58,301 bases of DNA. It comes from an uncultured Dehalococcoidia bacterium. GTDB lineage: Bacteria > Chloroflexota > Dehalococcoidia > Lucifugimonadales > Australimonadaceae. Below, in pieces: positions 48,306 through 54,553 of the stretch (its first letter is position 1; each line of letters opens with the position of its first letter). A program made the position numbers and the translations under genes. A model generated the notes under the pieces. That model saw only the letters and a program-made list of their open reading frames with translations. It did not search any database and was not told the origin of the DNA. Where the stretch lies: the NCBI GenBank assembly GCA_937901475.1, contig CALGTL010000030.1, positions 1 through 58,301 on the forward strand. Direction: 5' to 3'.

Positions 48306-48339
48306 CTTGAGTACGAGTACTAGCCTCACTCGTACCAAG
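48306..48339 (-). terminator. hairpin plus short U tract downstream of the DsbA-like gene
   Basis: CTTGaGTACGAGT (48306..48318) pairs with ACTCGTACCAAG (48328..48339), giving 12 bp with one bulge. On the minus strand it is followed by TTTTGTG. Confidence 0.5.
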
Positions 48340-48451
48340 CACCCATGGCTTCCAGAAATTCAGCACCGCATGCTACAACGGTGCTGCGGACTGACGGCAG
48401 GTAGTTATAGGCTTTCACCAACCCAAGATCGTGTATGAGCTGTGCCTGGTT

Positions 48452-49114
48452 CTAGAGAACCCGCTTGATTCCCTCGAACGCTTTTGGGTCTTTCTCAAGG
48501 AGACTTACTGCACGGTCAGCGACTTGGCGGAAGACCTCCATCGGCTGAGCACCGGTGAACTTCACGTCTCCGATGATAAATGCGGGGATACCTTGGAATC
48601 CATTGTCCAGACCATCTTGGAAGTCTTCCATTATTGTGTCCAGGTATAAATTCGTCTCAAGGACAAGCTTCAACCCCAACCATTCAAGACCCACTGCTTC
48701 GGCGATCTCTTGCAGGACAACCATCTCACCAACGTCACGCTTCTCTTCCCAGTAAGCCGAGTAGAGCGCGTCCCGCATCTCTTCTCCTTTACCTTGCCCC
48801 TTGGCGAATTCGATGGACTGCAATGCCTTTAGCGAATTGGGTCTACGGTCCGGCCTTCTCATCTCCGTTAGCCCCGCATCCATAGCGACGGCCTGGAGGT
48901 GAGAGGATAACTCTCCTAGTGCCTCGCCGGGCCGTTGCTGGCGCTCCTCCCCTTCGGGTGGCGTATCAGGACGGAGAAGATAAGCCTTCTCCGTTACCTC
49001 TATGTTGTACTCCTGAGCGAGCGCTTTCAGCCTGGCCAGGCCGACGAAACACCACGGTCAGACAATGTCAGACCAGATAGTTACGGGAATCGGAGGAATA
49101 TCAGCTTGATTCAT
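48452..49114 (-). CDS. DsbA/FrnE-like thiol oxidoreductase with in-frame UGA (candidate selenocysteine) at the first position of the CxxC motif
   Basis: On the minus strand, ATG lies at 49114..49112 and a single in-frame TGA at 49060..49058. The frame is the same as the track ORF 48452..48883. Translation reads MNQADIPPIPVTIWSDIV-U-PWCFVGLARLKALAQEYNIEV..., so U replaces the first Cys of the family signature SD.xCPWC[YF]xG. Total length is 220 aa, which I believe is typical for the family. Confidence 0.75.
49022..49051 (-). promoter_or_regulatory. SECIS-like stem-loop downstream of the in-frame UGA
   Basis: On the minus strand the upper stem CGGCCU (49043..49038) pairs with AGGCUG (49033..49028) around a GGCC apical loop. 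A lower stem UGUUU(49051..49047)/AAGCG(49026..49022) plus the pair U49044-A49027 extends it, with a 2-nt bulge (49046..49045). The loop starts 20 nt after the UGA. Confidence 0.5.
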
Positions 49115-49266
49115 GAGCGGCATTATACGTCTGCTCACGATAGCAATTGCATATGGCATGAGGCGCTAGATGACCGGTATAGTCTGAGCATGGAAATTAT
49201 GAGTGTTCATTCGAATGGCCCACTAAGACAACATGTGGCATGACTATGAGGAACTCATGAATCAAA

Positions 49267-50069
49267 ATGAGGAGCGTGAACGTGAGCGATGAGTTATTGG
49301 TCCGACGCTCGGGCCAAGCCGCGATCGTGGTGATCAACCGACCTGACCAGCGCAACGCTATCACCTATGAAATGTGGCGGCAGTTCCCTGCGATTCTCGC
49401 CGAGCTGGACGCCGACCCTGAGATTCGAGTGGTCTTGGTTACCGGAGAAGGCGACCGTGCCTTCTCCGCAGGCGCGGACATTAAAGATTTCAAGAAACGC
49501 GCAGCACCCCTGAGAAATCGCGCAACTATCGAGCGAGCGTCGAAGCCGCCTGTGAGGCTCTAGCAAATCTTGGCAAACCTAGTATCGTTGTTCTTCGTGG
49601 CTACTGCATAGGCGGCGGCTTCGAGCTCGCAATCCACGCTGACATCCGTGTTGGAGATGATACCGTGCAAATAGGTCTTCCTGCTGCAAAGCGTGGAATA
49701 GCTATCGGGCATGCGTTCCTGTCTCGCCTAGAGCACCTCGCAGGTGCCGCTAACACCAGCTATATGCTACTCAGCTCGCGACTTATGTATGCTCCTGCAG
49801 CCTTCAACGCAGGATTACTTAGCGTCGTTACCTCTCCCGCAGACCTGGACGCTTTCGTAGATGATTTGGTCAGCGACATAGCGCAGAACTCCCCAGTGTC
49901 CCACCGGATGCACAAGGCCGCCATCGCTGATCTTATTGAGTACGGTTCACTGGAGCTGATTCCTCAAGGCCGCCGTGACCTGCAGTCGACATCGGAGGTT
50001 AGTGATGATTTCCTGGAAGGCGTTCGCTCGTTCGTTGAGAAGAGAAAACCCAATTTCCCCGGACGCTAG
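49267..50069 (+). pseudogene. enoyl-CoA hydratase/isomerase (crotonase) family gene interrupted by a frameshift
   Basis: Frame A (49267..49563) reads ...VINRPDQRNA...VVLVTGEGDRAFSAGADIKDFKKR and then runs to TAG. The family continuation ...STPEKSRNYRASVEAACEALANLGKPSIVVLRGYCIGGGFELAIHAD... is in the -1 frame, which is open from 49485. The two parts overlap at 49485..49563. Confidence 0.75.
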
Positions 50070-50131
50070 AGTGACTTGCTATCCTTACTCAACTGCTAGT
50101 TGTCGACCGCTATGTTAAGGAGCTCCTCTAA

Positions 50132-50455
50132 ATGCTGACTGAATTCATCAAAGTTGCCGTCGTTAGTGATCTTCCTGGAGGTGGAATGCTCGCCGTCTCG
50201 GCTGGAGATGAGGAGATCATGGTTGCTCGCATAGGTGATGACTACTACGCCCTTGATGGCTGGTGCTCGCACGAAGCAGGCTTGCTCGGTGACGGCCACC
50301 TCCATGAAGCCACATGCGAGGTGGAATGCCCTCTGCATGAAGGGTTTTTCAACCTCAAGACTGGCGCGGCGACCGCTCCTCCGGCAGATATGCCCGTAGC
50401 CGTATACGCTGTTCGGATAGAGGGTAACGACATCATGGTGGGCCCGAAGCAATAA
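50132..50455 (+). CDS. Rieske [2Fe-2S] ferredoxin-type protein
   Basis: 107 aa with CSHEAGLL (C-x-H) and CPLHEGFF (C-x-x-H) separated by 17 residues. Confidence 0.85.
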   Translation: MLTEFIKVAVVSDLPGGGMLAVSAGDEEIMVARIGDDYYALDGWCSHEAGLLGDGHLHEATCEVECPLHEGFFNLKTGAATAPPADMPVAVYAVRIEGNDIMVGPKQ

Positions 50456-51364
50456 CTAGAAACTTGCGATTAGCAGGCCGGCGGCTAGAGTTACACCTGT
50501 CCAGCCGTGAACTTTGCCGCTCTGTACCATGACTTGATTCATCGCTATGCGGTCGTCAGCCGCGAACAATTTGCGAACGGCGTCCAGTGCGAATGGGGCC
50601 GGCGAAAGGCCTATCAGCGCCCAGCCTGAAACAACACCAGTCAAGGCTGCCCCTGCGATAATCAAGTAAGCGGCGCTGACAAGAGAAGCATACATCCAGC
50701 GACTCGGCTGGATGCCTATCACCGCCGCGATGCTTAGCTTGCCAACAGCTTGATCCTCGCTGATGTCTCGCAGATTGTTGCAGTGCAGTATTGCCGTGAC
50801 GATAAACGCAATCGGTAGCGAAACCACGAAAGCTGTCCCTGCCAATTCCTGAGTCTGTACGTAATACGCTCCCATGACCATGACGGGCCCCATGAACAGG
50901 AACACCACGGGCTCGCCCAGGCCATAGTTACCTAGCGGGAATGGACCACCTGCATAGAGGTACGCCGCCGCTACTCCCGCTAATCCGATGGCCAGGATGG
51001 GCCACCCAGTCTGAGACACGATGAATAACCCGCCAGCGATGCCATAGCCGAATACAGTGATGATGCCGATGAGCACGGTCCGCTCTGAAAGCAACCCGCG
51101 CTGGATGACCTTATGGGGAGCGAGTAGCTTCCCCTCGCCCCCATGCCTGCGGTGGTCTGAGTACTCATCCGTCAAATTGGTCCCTATCTGGATAGCAATG
51201 GACGCAGTTAGAGCGATGGCGAAAAGCAGCCAGTTGAACTTTGCCATTGACGCTGCGAGTGCTGAGCCTACCAGGACAGGCGCAATTGCTGCAGATAGCG
51301 AGAAGGGCCGGGTGGCCCAAAACCACGAAACTAGCTTAGGCTGCTGTACATTCGAATTTGCCAA
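50456..51364 (-). CDS. menA: 1,4-dihydroxy-2-naphthoate polyprenyltransferase (UbiA superfamily)
   Basis: 302 aa. The sequence ATRPFSLSAAIAPVLVGSALA...QIGTNLTDEYSDHRRHGG follows the MenA pattern N-x-x-(N/D)-(D/E)-Y-x-D. About 8-9 TM helices are apparent. Confidence 0.75.
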   Translation of the reverse strand: MANSNVQQPKLVSWFWATRPFSLSAAIAPVLVGSALAASMAKFNWLLFAIALTASIAIQIGTNLTDEYSDHRRHGGEGKLLAPHKVIQRGLLSERTVLIGIITVFGYGIAGGLFIVSQTGWPILAIGLAGVAAAYLYAGGPFPLGNYGLGEPVVFLFMGPVMVMGAYYVQTQELAGTAFVVSLPIAFIVTAILHCNNLRDISEDQAVGKLSIAAVIGIQPSRWMYASLVSAAYLIIAGAALTGVVSGWALIGLSPAPFALDAVRKLFAADDRIAMNQVMVQSGKVHGWTGVTLAAGLLIASF

Positions 51365-51375
51365 CGGGACCTTTC

Positions 51376-52251
51376 TTAGCTAGGAACGACTTCCAAGTGT
51401 TGTTTGAAGAAGTCTATGCAAAGCTGCCAAGCTTCGGGGCCGTGTTCAGGTTGATAATGTACACTTTGCGGTTGCGCGAAACCGTGGATAGCGTTTGGTA
51501 CGACTACTGATTCGACCGGCATAGAAGCGAGAGTCTTTCTGAATTCTTCAATACGTTCAGGAGGATTCTGAGAATCTAACTCCGGGAAGAAACTAAGCAT
51601 CGGGCTAGTGACAGTCGCAACGCTTAGCGGAGTGGGGGCACCGGCAACTGCGGGGTCGCTTCGCCAGAGCCGGGTCGGATAGAAGAGCACTGATGGACCA
51701 AATCCAACGCCCTGAGTAGCAGCTAAAAATGCGATACGACCACCAAGGCAGAACCCTGTCACGCCCACCAGCCCCTGGGAAACGTAGGCCTGTGCTCCTA
51801 GATACCTCGCCACTGAATTCATGTCTGAGAGGTGACCATCATTGGTCATCCCTTTGCGAAGCAGCATGCTATCTTGTTGAGGGGGGCCTGACTCATCGTT
51901 CATCATGCGCCCGGCACGGTGAAATGTATCGGGTGCGGCGACTACGAAACCCTCTGACGCGAGATCTTTCGCGATATCAAGCGTTCCTCGCACCAGCCCA
52001 TGCGCATCGTGCAGTAGCACGATTGCTGGCCGAGCACGATCATTATCCTCTCGGTAAGTGAACACAGTCATCTGTCCGTCGTCTACAGAGAGATCTACTA
52101 TTTCTTCGATGATGGACATATGCCTCTGTGCCAGGAACTGATGTAGGAACGATTGTTTGGCTGATTCTCGCATAGGTGGCGAGTCGACGAAATCCCCCAA
52201 TTTGGCGTGGATAACCCTCTCTGGTTCAGGTAACATAAGCCTCTGCCACAA
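51376..52251 (-). CDS. dienelactone hydrolase-family alpha/beta hydrolase
   Basis: Contains PAIVLLHDAHGL and the nucleophile motif GVTGFCLGG, with a C-terminal His (AIHGF). The true start may be the internal ATG near 52119 (MSIIEEIV...). Confidence 0.7.
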   Translation of the reverse strand: MWQRLMLPEPERVIHAKLGDFVDSPPMRESAKQSFLHQFLAQRHMSIIEEIVDLSVDDGQMTVFTYREDNDRARPAIVLLHDAHGLVRGTLDIAKDLASEGFVVAAPDTFHRAGRMMNDESGPPQQDSMLLRKGMTNDGHLSDMNSVARYLGAQAYVSQGLVGVTGFCLGGRIAFLAATQGVGFGPSVLFYPTRLWRSDPAVAGAPTPLSVATVTSPMLSFFPELDSQNPPERIEEFRKTLASMPVESVVVPNAIHGFAQPQSVHYQPEHGPEAWQLCIDFFKQHLEVVPS

Positions 52252-52279
52252 CGGACACTAGGAAGTTCTCAACGTACCG

Positions 52280-52492
52280 ATGCCCACAGTTGTCTTTTGG
52301 TTGGTTACAGCAATCATCCTCCTAGCGGAGGGCGCCATAATTGTCTCTGCGGTGAGGATGCGAGTGGATCTGGATCCCGCACGAGGCGTTTTAGGTAGCC
52401 GCCCGCTTGAAATTTTTTGGACTCTCCTACCTCTTTCACTTGTAGCATTTATGCTCATTCTCTCCTACGGTGAATTCGAGACTCATAGATAG
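52280..52492 (+). CDS. small two-TM protein resembling the N-terminal transmembrane hairpin of cytochrome oxidase subunit II
   Basis: 70 aa. TM1 is VVFWLVTAIILLAEGAIIVSAV, followed by R.R...(13)...PLEIFWTLLPLSLVAFMLILSY, which echoes the COX2 pattern lEi.WT..P. There is no cupredoxin domain. It lies directly upstream of ctaA. Confidence 0.4.
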   Translation: MPTVVFWLVTAIILLAEGAIIVSAVRMRVDLDPARGVLGSRPLEIFWTLLPLSLVAFMLILSYGEFETHR

Positions 52493-52521
52493 CGCTTGCC
52501 GACGCGCGAACGGATCATGAC

Positions 52522-53412
52522 ATGGCGATGACTTCATGGCGGGCAATTCCTACAACACGAAAAGCAGGCTGGCTTGCGCTGGCCGCCTCTGTGCTGACTG
52601 TTGCTCTGATTACATACGGTGGCTGGGTTCGGGCCTCAGGGTCAGGATTAGGGTGCCCTGATTGGCCGCTGTGTGAAGGAGTCCTTATCCCCACGCTTGA
52701 AGGAGACACTGCCGTCGAATTCGGCCATCGTGTACTGGCAGGGGTAACTATAATGCTAGTAGCGGTATCGGCTTGGGTAGCATGGTCGGCTCGGGCTACT
52801 GACTCGCTACTTGCGAAAGTTCTGGTTGGGGCACTAGGCCTAATTCTTGTCCAAGCAATTTTGGGTGGTATTACTGTACTTACAGAACTGGACGGTGGCG
52901 TTCGGCTTGCTCACCTAGCCATCGCGATGTCGACACTCGCTCTACTCACAGGAGGCGCGGTACGAGGGTTAGACGTACAAGGAAGTCCTTACCCTGGAGT
53001 GCGCATCTCCTCGGTGCTGATGGTCTGGGCGGCGGCAGTTGTGCTCGTTGGTGGTTCGATAGTTGCCCAAAGCCTCAGTGGCGCTTGTCCCGGATTGCCA
53101 CTATGTGACGACCGAAGTTCTATGGAAGCAGCGGGGATTCACAGCCTTCACCGGATTGCGGCAACGCTCTTGCTGTTTGCGTTAGTAGGACTTGGAGTCT
53201 GGCTTCACAAGCATCGAGGAACGCTGTTTGCGACTGTGCTGAATCACACTGCCATATTGCTCATAATCCTGCAAATTGGGATCGGTGTTTCCGCTGTCTC
53301 TCAATCGCTGCCGGTGTACCTGCGTATCATGCACCTTGGTATGGCTAGCCTTATCTGGTGGGCAATCGTTGCTCAGTGGCTTGTTGCGTTGAAAGGCCGG
53401 TCTCCTCGCTAA
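52522..53412 (+). CDS. ctaA: heme A synthase (COX15/CtaA)
   Basis: Contains GGWVRASGSGLGCPDWPLCEG, HR motifs in TM helices (EFGHRVLAG, SLHRIAAT) and a second Cys pair (CPGLPLC). Confidence 0.85.
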   Translation: MAMTSWRAIPTTRKAGWLALAASVLTVALITYGGWVRASGSGLGCPDWPLCEGVLIPTLEGDTAVEFGHRVLAGVTIMLVAVSAWVAWSARATDSLLAKVLVGALGLILVQAILGGITVLTELDGGVRLAHLAIAMSTLALLTGGAVRGLDVQGSPYPGVRISSVLMVWAAAVVLVGGSIVAQSLSGACPGLPLCDDRSSMEAAGIHSLHRIAATLLLFALVGLGVWLHKHRGTLFATVLNHTAILLIILQIGIGVSAVSQSLPVYLRIMHLGMASLIWWAIVAQWLVALKGRSPR

Positions 53413-54275
53413 TGGTTGCCATTGCACGTCAAATAATTACCCTCACGAAGCCCCGCATCATCATGCTGTTGGTGCTCACTGCGGTCTGCGGCGCCTATGC
53501 CGCAGCAGCGGGCAACCCTAGTTTACCTGTATTGATTGCCGTAATCGTTGCGGGATCGCTGTCTGCTGCTGGGGCGAATGCCATCAACCAGGGCCTAGAT
53601 GCCGACATAGACGCAATTATGACACGAACGCGTAAGCGGCCAGTTCCTGCTCAGCAGTTAACGCCCTTTCTCGCAGTGGGAATTGGAGTTTTCTTTGTGA
53701 CAACGGCGGTTGCGCTGATGGCCTTACTCACCAATGCGACGGCTGCTTTGCTCATGCTGGCAGCAGCATTGGTATACGTCTTCGTATATACCATTCTTCT
53801 CAAACGGCGTTCATGGAACAACATTGTCATCGGCGGCGCTGCTGGAGCATTCCCTCCGCTGATAGGCGCGGTAGCCGTCACCGGGTCGATTGATGCGATT
53901 GGGCTATATATGTTCGCTTTCGTGTTCTTTTGGACGCCGCCCCATTTCTGGACACTGTCAATCCTGCTTAGGGACGACTACGCTGCCGCGAGCGTACCGA
54001 TGCTGGCCGCCGTGACTAGCCAGCGAGACACCGCAACCCAGATTGCACTCTACATTGCTCTGCTGCTCGCGATGTCATGGCTACCCCTCGCTTCAGGCTT
54101 CGGGGGGATCGGGTTCGGCATAGTGACAACGATCACAAGCATTGAATGGCTTCGCCGGTCAATGCCACTATTTGCGAAAACCACTCGTCATCAGACGTTG
54201 TCCGCGTACAAATTCTCTCTACTGTACTTGGCGATTGCCTTCGTAGTGCTCGCCGTTGAATCCTCCCTCTCTTGA
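53412..54275 (+). CDS. ctaB: protoheme IX farnesyltransferase (heme O synthase)
   Basis: Contains LTKPRIIMLL, NQGLDADIDAIMTRTRKRP and FFWTPPHFW. The ATG overlaps the ctaA TAA (TAATG). Confidence 0.9.
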   Translation: MVAIARQIITLTKPRIIMLLVLTAVCGAYAAAAGNPSLPVLIAVIVAGSLSAAGANAINQGLDADIDAIMTRTRKRPVPAQQLTPFLAVGIGVFFVTTAVALMALLTNATAALLMLAAALVYVFVYTILLKRRSWNNIVIGGAAGAFPPLIGAVAVTGSIDAIGLYMFAFVFFWTPPHFWTLSILLRDDYAAASVPMLAAVTSQRDTATQIALYIALLLAMSWLPLASGFGGIGFGIVTTITSIEWLRRSMPLFAKTTRHQTLSAYKFSLLYLAIAFVVLAVESSLS

Positions 54276-54485
54276 GCCTGACCCTGTGATCTTTACCTGG
54301 TGATCGATAATAAGCTCACTGTTGCTGTCTTTTTGCGATTCTCCGGGTAACCCCCCCCCGCCCTCTACTCCAAACGAGCATCCCCTGGTTTTCGCCTGAC
54401 AGCGCCTGCTTATCAGGGAGCAGTTGAATCCTTGCTGCCTGATGTGGAGTGCGTAAGCTTGGCCGTGGACACTATGGGGTAAAAG

Positions 54486-54515
54486 AAAGAGGCGTCCTTA
54501 TAAGGACGCCTCTTT
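54486..54515 (-). terminator. intrinsic terminator downstream of rpoC
   Basis: A perfect 12-bp inverted repeat AAAGAGGCGTCC/GGACGCCTCTTT surrounds TTATAA. On the minus strand the run reads UUUCUUUUAC, 39 nt after the rpoC stop. Confidence 0.8.
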
Positions 54516-54553
54516 GAATGTCTTCTCTGCGCAGTTGGAGCCGCATCGAGTAC

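Noticed and set aside
49058-49060. Alternative explanation of the in-frame TGA as a reassigned codon (genetic code 4 or 25)
   Set aside because: TGA terminates several genes at their conserved C-termini in this window: folE (4162..4164), rnpA (19902..19904), the PAP2 gene (40843..40845) and ctaB (54273..54275).
48935-49243. 102-aa plus-strand ORF
   Set aside because: It is antisense to the reconstructed N-terminus of the DsbA-like gene, which carries a strong family signature, and to its promoter region.
54351-54359. C9 homopolymer in the ctaB-rpoC intergenic region
   Set aside because: It is intergenic, between two convergent gene ends. It has no adjacent promoter or ORF whose expression it could switch.
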